In this document: piece after piece, positions 7,501 to 14,586 of the stretch
How the letters are laid out: every line of letters begins with the position of its first letter
Numbering within the stretch: position 1 is the stretch's first letter
Notes under the pieces: generated by a model
The model's input: only the letters and a program-made list of their open reading frames with translations
The model's database searches: none
What the model was told of the DNA's origin: nothing
Source of the DNA: a virus
Taxonomy: Duplodnaviria; Caudoviricetes
Virus record (IMG/VR): IMGVR_UViG_3300047390_000225
Location: 1-26,068 of that record
DNA: 26,068 bases
Strand: one strand, 5' to 3'
Translations under genes and position numbers: made by a program

Positions 7501-7796
7501 TATTTTGTTTCCAAGGTTAATGCTTGCCAGTGAGTAGACCATGCCTCTTTGTTCTTGTGACTATTAAACTCTTTAGAAGGCTCTCCTTCTTCTAAGTAAA
7601 TACCGCCCCACAAACCATATTCTTTTCCAGATACCCCAACAGCAAAACATGTTTTTATCATAGGGCAGTTTAAACAAAACTGATCCATATTACTTTTAAA
7701 TTCTACGCTTCCCTCTTCGTACTGTTCAAAAAACAAAGACGTTTCATAGTTTATGCAAAGACCTTCGTCTTTCCATTTATTCCTTTTAGTCGTCAA
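7500..7796 (-). CDS. whiB: WhiB-family Fe-S transcription regulator
   Basis: W...C...LFF...CxxCP-x4-C and GLWGG turn motif. Confidence 0.9.
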   Translation of the reverse strand: MTTKRNKWKDEGLCINYETSLFFEQYEEGSVEFKSNMDQFCLNCPMIKTCFAVGVSGKEYGLWGGIYLEEGEPSKEFNSHKNKEAWSTHWQALTLETK

Positions 7797-8523
7797 ATTT
7801 TTTACCTTTTACGTTAATTCCGACTGGATCAATTTTATCAAAATCTGGTAAACCTTCCCACAGTTGTACCGAATCAAGGTAAGAGTACATTTTTTTTGCA
7901 CTTGTTTTTTCTTTTATATCAAAAGAATACCAAGAAGGCATTGTGTACCTAACTCCAGAATCAACTCTACTTACTATATGCTTATAGTTATTGTTTCCAG
8001 GGAAAAGAATAAAAGATCCAGGAGTCGGCTTAAATGTTAAATCATATTCTGGGAAAATAATTTCTCCACCAGTATAGTCGTCATTAGGATACATTAAAAC
8101 AGATATATTGTATTTATAAAAATCTGCAGTCCAGGCTGGAGTGCCGTCTGGTTTTTCACAATCAGCATGCTCTTTAGAGTTCATTCCAGGAATCCACTTG
8201 ATAAAGTGTGGAGGGTTAAATGGTACTCTTTTTACTGGTACCCCATACCCGTCAATAATCTTTTCTTTAATTACCTGAAATGTTTTATACTCATACTTAT
8301 TAAGCAGATTTGCCACATCTGGATCTGTTTCTCTAATAACTTTGTCTCTAAGATCTTTTCCACCCATAAATTCATCATCATCTTTATATTTATTTAAAAA
8401 TATATTCATTAATTTTAAATCTTCAGAATCTATAAAATTTTCAATAATTACTATGTTTTTTTTATCTTTTCCAATAATATCAAAAAAGTTTTTGTATGGC
8501 GTATAATCAACATTATTTTCCAT
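7786..8523 (-). CDS. 2OG-Fe(II) oxygenase (prolyl 4-hydroxylase-like)
   Basis: HAD, YPNDDYTGGEIIFP, KPTPGSFILFP, KHIV, SGVRY. Confidence 0.9.
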   Translation of the reverse strand: MENNVDYTPYKNFFDIIGKDKKNIVIIENFIDSEDLKLMNIFLNKYKDDDEFMGGKDLRDKVIRETDPDVANLLNKYEYKTFQVIKEKIIDGYGVPVKRVPFNPPHFIKWIPGMNSKEHADCEKPDGTPAWTADFYKYNISVLMYPNDDYTGGEIIFPEYDLTFKPTPGSFILFPGNNNYKHIVSRVDSGVRYTMPSWYSFDIKEKTSAKKMYSYLDSVQLWEGLPDFDKIDPVGINVKGKKFDD

Positions 8524-8734
8524 TTTTATCTCCGTATTCGTTAGGAAGGTGCCAGCCTTTATTCGTGAGTTTATAAACCTTGTCTATTCCCCACTTACCG
8601 TTAATAAAAGAACCATATTTATTTGAATACCCACTTGGAGATTCTTTTCTAGACACAAGGTCCCAACCAACCCATCTAAGATCTTTAAAATTTTTAACAA
8701 TTTTTTCTGCGTGCTCTAATTTATTAACTAACAT
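8513..8734 (-). CDS. hypothetical protein
   Basis: 73 aa ORF with AGGAG SD, overlapping the next gene. Confidence 0.75.
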   Translation of the reverse strand: MLVNKLEHAEKIVKNFKDLRWVGWDLVSRKESPSGYSNKYGSFINGKWGIDKVYKLTNKGWHLPNEYGDKNGK

Positions 8735-8742
8735 AATTCTCC

Positions 8743-9099
8743 TTAGTATTGAAATATTCCAAGTTCAACTTTTGCACTTTGTGCAGCCTTTGCCAGTGAA
8801 GATAACTGTTGTTTTGGCTTACTAAAAAATGCAAAATAATTCATATTAGGCATAAACTCTTTTATCCAATCGTCTACAGCCTTATATGTTTTAATTTTTT
8901 TACCACGACCCTTCATGCCTTTTTCTGACAAATTGCAGAATTCCATAGCAAAATTATGAATTTTGCTTTCTTTAGATCCAACAGAATAAACAACAAATTC
9001 GTTATCATCTTCAGGCATAGAAGAAAGCATAACTCCTATTGCACGCAAAAAAACGGAATAGTCATCAAACTCGTTAGTCGCTTGAACCACTACCATCAT
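8743..9099 (-). CDS. hypothetical protein, possibly SLOG (YspA/DUF2493)-like
   Basis: N-terminal VVVQATNEFDDY resembles the SLOG start motif (iivxGsRxFxDY); alpha/beta pattern. Start 9099 or 9096 (track gives GTG9111). Confidence 0.45.
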   Translation of the reverse strand: MMVVVQATNEFDDYSVFLRAIGVMLSSMPEDDNEFVVYSVGSKESKIHNFAMEFCNLSEKGMKGRGKKIKTYKAVDDWIKEFMPNMNYFAFFSKPKQQLSSLAKAAQSAKVELGIFQY

Positions 9100-9547
9100 T
9101 TTTTTCTGCACTCCTTAAATCGTCTAAGATAAGCATTAGCCTATCAATTTCTTCTTCTTGCATCTGCGTAGTGTCAACGGGAACAGCAAGATCCTGTTCT
9201 ATATTCCCATCTTCTGAAACTACTGTTTGATAAAATATATTGTCTTGAACCCAATATGCAATATCTCCAACAACAATAACTTTTATTTTGTCTTGACCAT
9301 ATTTTTGTCTAGACTGCTGAGAAGGATGTGTTCCTTTCTTTTTAGCAATCAACGACTTAATAAAGTCTGTGTTGGTTGGTAAAAAATTTTGTATTAATTC
9401 ATGAATTGTGCTTTGCCTAAACTTAAACTGAGAAGGCTTTGCATTTTTTTCCTGAAACAATAATATTGTTTTTTTACCTATATATATTATAGAGGTTAAT
9501 AGCCATATTGTCAAGACAACAGTCCAATATTCTTTTATTATGCTCAT
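9074..9547 (-). CDS. N-terminally membrane-anchored hypothetical protein
   Basis: Start ATG9547 (ATGA coupling). Hydrophobic YWTVVLTIWLLTSIIYIG. Confidence 0.7.
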   Translation of the reverse strand: MSIIKEYWTVVLTIWLLTSIIYIGKKTILLFQEKNAKPSQFKFRQSTIHELIQNFLPTNTDFIKSLIAKKKGTHPSQQSRQKYGQDKIKVIVVGDIAYWVQDNIFYQTVVSEDGNIEQDLAVPVDTTQMQEEEIDRLMLILDDLRSAEKNDGSGSSD

Positions 9548-10140
9548 ATGGCATTTTCTCCATCTGTAAAAGATATAGATACTGAGCATCTTGGCTCTAA
9601 CGCTTCTACACTATGCTCTAGGTTTTTAGGTATAAACATCATGTCTCCAGATTTTAAAGTATACTGCTTTTCATTATTTTTATAGTAAATTGTCCATAAT
9701 GTTGAGCCTTCAAATTGAATAAAAAATCCATCTACAGGATCGTGGTGTCTTGTTGGAATAAAAGATTCTTCTGGCGGTTCCTCATCTGGTATTTTATTTA
9801 TATTGCAATTAATAAAATAATCTTTAAAATTATTAAAAACATTATCATCAATATCAATGTTGTGTTTGGTGATTGGATTTATAATTGAAAATGCAGATAT
9901 TTTTTTACCAGGATGGAGTAAAGATATTTCTTGAATTAAACTTTTATATAAAGGAGTATATTGTTCAGATTTATCAATAGTGCATGTCCAATAAGACTTA
10001 AAGTTGATTGAATTTTTACTTTTTGCTATTTTAAATAAATTGAATACATCGCCCCAATTTAAAATATGAGAAGTAAACCCCCTGGAAATACAAACCTGTT
10101 GATTTTTTTTAGAAAACAATACGTCTTCTTTGGTAATCAT
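9544..10140 (-). CDS. JmjC/cupin-family (Cupin_4-like) hydroxylase
   Basis: HHDPVDGFFIQFEGSTLW...LKSGDMMFIPKNLEHSV...SVSI; HxD...H metal triad. Confidence 0.8.
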   Translation of the reverse strand: MITKEDVLFSKKNQQVCISRGFTSHILNWGDVFNLFKIAKSKNSINFKSYWTCTIDKSEQYTPLYKSLIQEISLLHPGKKISAFSIINPITKHNIDIDDNVFNNFKDYFINCNINKIPDEEPPEESFIPTRHHDPVDGFFIQFEGSTLWTIYYKNNEKQYTLKSGDMMFIPKNLEHSVEALEPRCSVSISFTDGENAI

Positions 10141-10146
10141 ATTGTC

Positions 10147-11109
10147 CTATCTAAATATATTCTTTAGGCTTTGTGAGTTAGTATATTCTTTACCAAAATT
10201 TGCAAATAACGCTTTATCTTTTTCACGATTAACAATTGATCTTGACCATGAGAATCCAGCATCTCCGCCCCAGGCAAGCCACATGATGTAGCCATTAGAA
10301 GGGTTTGCTTGATTTCCCCAATCTTTGCCCTTTTTATCTACTTCATGACGTGAGAAGTATGAATACATTCTTTTAACAGTACTAAGAGAGATTGTTTCTC
10401 CTCTTGCTAACTGTCCTGCTCTTGTCCAGCCAACTGCAGTTCCTGCACCATTAGCCTTGCCATCTTCTTTAAATTTAATTGCTTTACGTGCAGCAGATCT
10501 TGCACCTGCTGGTGGAGAATATCCTTCTGCTTTTGATACTGTGTCTGTATCATACTCAACTGTGTCGTCATCTTCAAACAAGTCATCTGCTTTTGCAGCA
10601 GGAACGCAATTAGGAACTGGCTTGCCATTAGCGCCTGGCTTCATTCCACGCTGCACATATCCATCCCAACACGGTGCTTGTTTGTTTATCTCTGGACAAC
10701 AGTCACTTTTCATTTCATTTGCTTGACAAACTGGACAGTTATCACAGTTTACATTTAATTCTTTACATGTTTCGCATCCACAGCCTTCGTAGGCCTTACC
10801 TTGATATGTATCTGTTGGCATCATTGAATTTTCTGAGTTGTTGCTCATTGAGTGATTATTTATATCTGCTTCTTTAGCATCTTTATACATCATTCCAATG
10901 CTATACGCTGTTGGTTTCCACGTACCGTTCTCTTCTTTATAAATTCTAACAGCCATTGCTGGATTTTCTGGGGGCATAGATTCAATTGCGTATTCTGTTC
11001 CAGGAGTTCCGTATGTCCCACCTTCACTCATGATGTGCTCTATTACCCCATGAACAACACCCTCAGATGTCGAGCCCATAACAAAATCGCCTTCTTTAAG
11101 GTTTAGCAT
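10147..11109 (-). CDS. multi-module phage protein (SH3/Tudor-like N-domain, Cys-rich middle, conserved helical C-domain)
   Basis: LKEGDFV...G.IEHI; CGCETC...CDNCPVC; PCWDGYVQRGMK...VPNCVP; GTAVGWTRAGQLA...TVKRMYSYFSRH...WLAWGGDAG. Confidence 0.65.
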   Translation of the reverse strand: MLNLKEGDFVMGSTSEGVVHGVIEHIMSEGGTYGTPGTEYAIESMPPENPAMAVRIYKEENGTWKPTAYSIGMMYKDAKEADINNHSMSNNSENSMMPTDTYQGKAYEGCGCETCKELNVNCDNCPVCQANEMKSDCCPEINKQAPCWDGYVQRGMKPGANGKPVPNCVPAAKADDLFEDDDTVEYDTDTVSKAEGYSPPAGARSAARKAIKFKEDGKANGAGTAVGWTRAGQLARGETISLSTVKRMYSYFSRHEVDKKGKDWGNQANPSNGYIMWLAWGGDAGFSWSRSIVNREKDKALFANFGKEYTNSQSLKNIFR

Positions 11110-11124
11110 GATTACAGTATATCA
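11110..11124 (-). promoter_or_regulatory. extended -10 promoter, leaderless
   Basis: TGATATACT (11124-11116), 6 nt, ATG11109. Confidence 0.7.
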
Positions 11125-11469
11125 TTAATTTGTAATGTCGAGGGCTTTTATAATGCTCATTAAAACAGGAATTCTATCATAAGGCAAATCGCTAATGGCC
11201 TTTAAGTCAAAACATTTGGGAGATAAAGCAATTATTGGATTTTTACTTGTGATGTCTCCTATTTCTAGAAAGCCACGTTCCCAAAAATACATTGTGTCTG
11301 CATATATTACACCCAGATGTGCGTCATATAAGTCCTTATTTACTAATTCCATTTTATCTGTCACCTTATACAAGAATTCACCAGTTATTGGATCTATTCC
11401 ATCAACTTCAATGGCACCCGCCAAAATTAAATCGTCAACCATCCGATCTATATTGTCATCTTTGCTCAC
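11125..11469 (-). CDS. hypothetical protein (winged-helix-like pattern possible)
   Basis: 114 aa GTG-start ORF; LILAGAIEVDGIDPITGEFLY. Confidence 0.7.
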   Translation of the reverse strand: MSKDDNIDRMVDDLILAGAIEVDGIDPITGEFLYKVTDKMELVNKDLYDAHLGVIYADTMYFWERGFLEIGDITSKNPIIALSPKCFDLKAISDLPYDRIPVLMSIIKALDITN

Positions 11470-11490
11470 GGAGTTGGCTCTTTTGTTATG

Positions 11491-11709
11491 TTATTTAATA
11501 TTTTTGCCAAGTTTATTCCAAACTCTTTCATGTAAAAAGAATCCTATCATTTCACATGTAGTGTAAATGATTGCAAAAGCCCCAGCATACTCCCAATGGG
11601 CTTCCCCAGTAATTATTTTTTCAAAAAAATACACCAAGGTTCCAACAAAGAGGATGTGCACTACTGGCCAAGTAATTGATTTATACATACTTCTTTTTTT
11701 GCTTTCCAT
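11491..11709 (-). CDS. DUF2061-like small membrane protein
   Basis: ESKKRSMYKSITW...FFLHERVW signature. GGGAG SD. Confidence 0.75.
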   Translation of the reverse strand: MESKKRSMYKSITWPVVHILFVGTLVYFFEKIITGEAHWEYAGAFAIIYTTCEMIGFFLHERVWNKLGKNIK

Positions 11710-11718
11710 TTTTTCTCC

Positions 11719-11934
11719 CTATGGTTTTTCTAGAATGTCACGATTGTCAACTATGCTTTTCATAAATTTCATTAAGTTGTCATATCCAACAGCATTGTCT
11801 ATAATTTTATTATAATGGTGCGAACAAAACAATAGTTCTCCTACGCCACCCTCCACCAAGACGTAGGCTCTTGCTGAGCATCTATCGCAACGGTCAAGAG
11901 CAGTTAGTGTACGAGATTTTTCTTGTGTAATCAT
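11719..11934 (-). CDS. small Cys/His zinc-binding protein of actinobacterial type
   Basis: LTALDRCDRCSARAYV...GELLFCSHH. Confidence 0.75.
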   Translation of the reverse strand: MITQEKSRTLTALDRCDRCSARAYVLVEGGVGELLFCSHHYNKIIDNAVGYDNLMKFMKSIVDNRDILEKP

Positions 11935-11969
11935 GTACTAAGTATACAGTTATTTTATTTGGCTGTCAA
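11935..11969 (-). promoter_or_regulatory. consensus sigma70/SigA promoter, leaderless
   Basis: TTGACA (11969-11964), 17 nt, TATACT (11946-11941), 6 nt, ATG11934. Confidence 0.85.
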
Positions 11970-11980
11970 GTTTGAACTTT

Positions 11981-12166
11981 TTATTTTTTTCTATTGTCTG
12001 TGCTATAAAACCCAGAACCATTAAAAATTGCCCCAATTTGTGAATAAACTCTGATTAATTTTTTATTACAAGAATCACAGGTATATCCTGGATCTTCATC
12101 ACTTATTAATCTTTCTTTTATAAATCTTTTAGCACAAGGCATGCAATCATATTCATAAATTGCCAT
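11981..12166 (-). CDS. FmdB-family zinc-ribbon protein
   Basis: MAIYEYDCMPC...CDSC...RVYS...FNGSGFYSTD. Start ATG12166 by TAATG coupling (track gives 12214). Confidence 0.85.
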   Translation of the reverse strand: MAIYEYDCMPCAKRFIKERLISDEDPGYTCDSCNKKLIRVYSQIGAIFNGSGFYSTDNRKK

Positions 12167-12807
12167 TATTCTTCTCCAGTCGATCCTCTTTGGGTAGTCA
12201 ATGAGTGATACCACTGCGGAATAGCATATCTAATTCCATTGGAAATGGGCATAACTTCATGAACATATATATAGTTTGATGGGAAAAATACTACACTTCC
12301 TGCTTCTGGTTTAATTTTTATATCAAGGTACGGAAAATAAATTTCTCCACCTTCATAATTATCATTTAAATATCCAACAGTAGAGATTAATCTACTACTA
12401 ACCCCTTGATCCTGGTGAGGAGGCAAATACCCAGAGTTAGAATATTTTAATATACTGAGTTTTCCCTCTGTTGATTTTACAGTTTTTCCAGCAGACGGAT
12501 ATACAGTATTTGCATAATGATCAAAAACTTTATCAATGCCCTCGGAAACATTTTTATATATTACCGACACTTCTTCATACAAGGGGTCATTCTTTTCCAT
12601 ATCTCTTGGGTTTGTTATCCAAGACTTTAAACAAAACCTTTCAAGAGTTGCATCCGCACCATTCCACTCTTCCCAGGCCTCTGCTTTTGAAACAACGCCA
12701 GATTGAAGACGATTTTGTATTAGTTCAATGGTTTTAATTGTTTCCTCTGGATTTGCAATTGCATTCTTATAATACACTAACCCAGGGGCCATGATTTGAT
12801 AGTTCAT
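12166..12807 (-). CDS. 2OG-Fe(II) oxygenase (prolyl 4-hydroxylase-like)
   Basis: HQD, YLNDNYEGGEIYFP, KPEAGSVVFFPSNYIYVHEV, GIRY. Start 12807 (GGAG SD) or 12819. TGATATAAT at 12840-12832. Confidence 0.9.
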   Translation of the reverse strand: MNYQIMAPGLVYYKNAIANPEETIKTIELIQNRLQSGVVSKAEAWEEWNGADATLERFCLKSWITNPRDMEKNDPLYEEVSVIYKNVSEGIDKVFDHYANTVYPSAGKTVKSTEGKLSILKYSNSGYLPPHQDQGVSSRLISTVGYLNDNYEGGEIYFPYLDIKIKPEAGSVVFFPSNYIYVHEVMPISNGIRYAIPQWYHSLTTQRGSTGEE

Positions 12808-12844
12808 TGTGCTCTCCATATCCGAATATTAATTATATCAGAAA

Positions 12845-12874
12845 GTGAGCCTTTTATACACATGCTCAGGTGTC
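12845..12874 (-). other. candidate H-type pseudoknot/structured 3' element after hsp20
   Basis: G-ACAC-C-TGAGC-AT-GTGT-ATAAAAG-GCTCA-C: ACAC/GTGT and TGAGC/GCTCA are interleaved stems. Confidence 0.45.
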
Positions 12875-12880
12875 TTAGAT

Positions 12881-13297
12881 TTATTTTATTTTAATTGTTT
12901 TTGGCTTTTTCTCTTCAGGCACTATGCGGTCAATACTAATATTTAGCATACCGTCCTTTAGATCAGCACCAGTAACCTCCATGTATTCACCGAGAGCAAA
13001 TGATCGTGTAAATTTACGACCTGCAATACCCTTATGAACAACTTCAGCATCGGTTACCTCAATAATTTCACCCTTAATGATGAGTGTTCCATTATCTACT
13101 GATACATCAATGTTTTCTTTTGAGAATCCTGCGATTGCAATAGATAGCCTATATGTATCTTCGTCTAACTTAAGAAGATCATATGGTGGATATGATTGTG
13201 AGTTTGTCTTATGTGCTGTATTTAAACGGCCTAACTCTCTGTTAAAGCCAATAAAAAAAGGATCATTGAATAGATCCATTGCGAATTGTGTTACCAT
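12881..13297 (-). CDS. hsp20: small heat shock protein Hsp20 (IbpA-like)
   Basis: YPPYDL...IAIAGF...HKGIAGRKFTRSF.L...GADLKDGML.I...PEEKKPKTIKI. Confidence 0.95.
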   Translation of the reverse strand: MVTQFAMDLFNDPFFIGFNRELGRLNTAHKTNSQSYPPYDLLKLDEDTYRLSIAIAGFSKENIDVSVDNGTLIIKGEIIEVTDAEVVHKGIAGRKFTRSFALGEYMEVTGADLKDGMLNISIDRIVPEEKKPKTIKIK

Positions 13298-13298
13298 T

Positions 13299-13363
13299 TT
13301 ATTCCTCCTTCAAGCGAATAAGTTAATGTACCCCCATTTGGCAGGCACATATTAATTATATCA
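13299..13363 (-). promoter_or_regulatory. hsp20 promoter and two-hairpin 5' UTR, ROSE-like RNA thermometer
   Basis: TGATATAAT 13363-13355. Hairpin 1 ATGTGCC...GGTACAT (13350-13326). Hairpin 2 TTATTC-G-CTT-GAAG-GAG-GAATAA (13321-13299) covers the SD and contains UCGCU. Confidence 0.65.
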
Positions 13364-13372
13364 TATTTGATA

Positions 13373-14002
13373 TTAGTATTGTTTATTTTGATGTATTTCT
13401 GGAGAGTGATACTTATCACTATAATCTAGCATTGTGGCAAGTGCATATTTAGTACCGCTTGTTACTGGCATTGCCCTATGAGTGTACATATAATTAGATG
13501 GAAATATCACAAGATCTCCAGCAACTGGCTTGTATGTATAATTCCATCCACCAAAACTTAACTCTCCGCCTTCGTAATCATCATTTAAATATTGAACTAA
13601 TGATATTGTACAATTATAGTTTTCAGAGTGATCGTGGTGATACTGGAAATGCTGACCTTTTTCATATTTAAGAAAGTTAAATGCTTCCCAATATTTTAAT
13701 TCTCCAACAGAAAATGTAGTGCAATATTCATTAACTGCAATACTTTGTCTATCATAAATTTCTTGCCAAATTTTTTGTAATTCTAAAGACTCTTTCCCTG
13801 TATCTTTTTCAAGCGTTGATTTCCTAAACTTGAAATCAAAGCAGTCTCTAAAGTCAGTCATCTTTTCAGAATATCCCACAGTTGACTCAGACCATTTATA
13901 GGTTTGGCTATTGCCAAGAATGGTACTTAGCCTATTAATAACATCTAAATCTTTGCTAATTACATTGCTGTAAATTGCAATTCCAGGTATTGGACTTTTC
14001 AT
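13373..14002 (-). CDS. 2OG-Fe(II) oxygenase (prolyl 4-hydroxylase-like)
   Basis: HHD, YLNDDYEGGELSF, KPVAGDLVIFPSNYMYTHRA, SGTKY. Confidence 0.9.
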   Translation of the reverse strand: MKSPIPGIAIYSNVISKDLDVINRLSTILGNSQTYKWSESTVGYSEKMTDFRDCFDFKFRKSTLEKDTGKESLELQKIWQEIYDRQSIAVNEYCTTFSVGELKYWEAFNFLKYEKGQHFQYHHDHSENYNCTISLVQYLNDDYEGGELSFGGWNYTYKPVAGDLVIFPSNYMYTHRAMPVTSGTKYALATMLDYSDKYHSPEIHQNKQY

Positions 14003-14028
14003 TTGAACCTCTTTCTATTTTGTATTTA

Positions 14029-14057
14029 ATTATACAACATATGAGTAAGTTATGCAA
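14029..14057 (-). promoter_or_regulatory. sigma70/SigA promoter
   Basis: TTGCAT (14057-14052), 17 nt, TATAAT (14034-14029). Confidence 0.65.
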
Positions 14058-14060
14058 GTC

Positions 14061-14468
14061 TTATTTTTGAGATTTTTTTCTGGCTACTGCAAGGGCTGCA
14101 AAGTCTTTTACTTTCGTGTCTCCTAAATAGCCCCAAGCATGACCGTCTTCAATCATTTGCTCATTAATAGATTTATTTGATCCATCTATATAAACCCATC
14201 CAAGGATTCTTCCATATTTTTCTGAACTGTCTGGTTTTTCTGTTTTTACAATAACGTCTTTGGCGTCTTTAATTTTGCCCTTAAGATATTCTTTTGCCTC
14301 AAGCCCCAAAGCCTTTTCTGCTTTATCTGTTGTTCTGGATTCTGGAGTATCGATGCCAGCAAGTCTTAATCTTTGTGCATATGAAACACTAAATCCAAGA
14401 TCTATTTCTACATCTATTGTGTCTCCATCAACAACATTTGTGACTTTTTTAATTCTATACTCGTACAT
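14061..14468 (-). CDS. thermonuclease (SNase) family protein
   Basis: VVDGDTID, RLRLAGIDTPE, EKYGRILG, INEQMIEDGHA. Confidence 0.92.
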   Translation of the reverse strand: MYEYRIKKVTNVVDGDTIDVEIDLGFSVSYAQRLRLAGIDTPESRTTDKAEKALGLEAKEYLKGKIKDAKDVIVKTEKPDSSEKYGRILGWVYIDGSNKSINEQMIEDGHAWGYLGDTKVKDFAALAVARKKSQK

Positions 14469-14578
14469 TATTCAGATTTCTTTTTTTCTTTTACATACCA
14501 AATTGGTAATTTTAGGTTGTCTCCAGACCACTCGTATCCCAGTAGTTTAACAACAAATTTAATTATTTTAAGACGCAT
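14468..14578 (-). CDS. small hypothetical protein (36 aa)
   Basis: AAGGAG SD, MRLKIIKFVVKLLGYEWSGDNLKLPIWYVKEKKKSE, TAATG coupling to the nuclease. Not in the ORF track. Confidence 0.75.
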   Translation of the reverse strand: MRLKIIKFVVKLLGYEWSGDNLKLPIWYVKEKKKSE

Positions 14579-14586
14579 GTTTCTCC

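Noticed and set aside
12845-12874. preQ1 or SAM-II riboswitch identity for the pseudoknot
   Set aside because: I could not match the conserved ligand-binding nucleotides, and it lies upstream of the next gene's own -10 box, so it would not be in that leader. Kept only as an unassigned structure.
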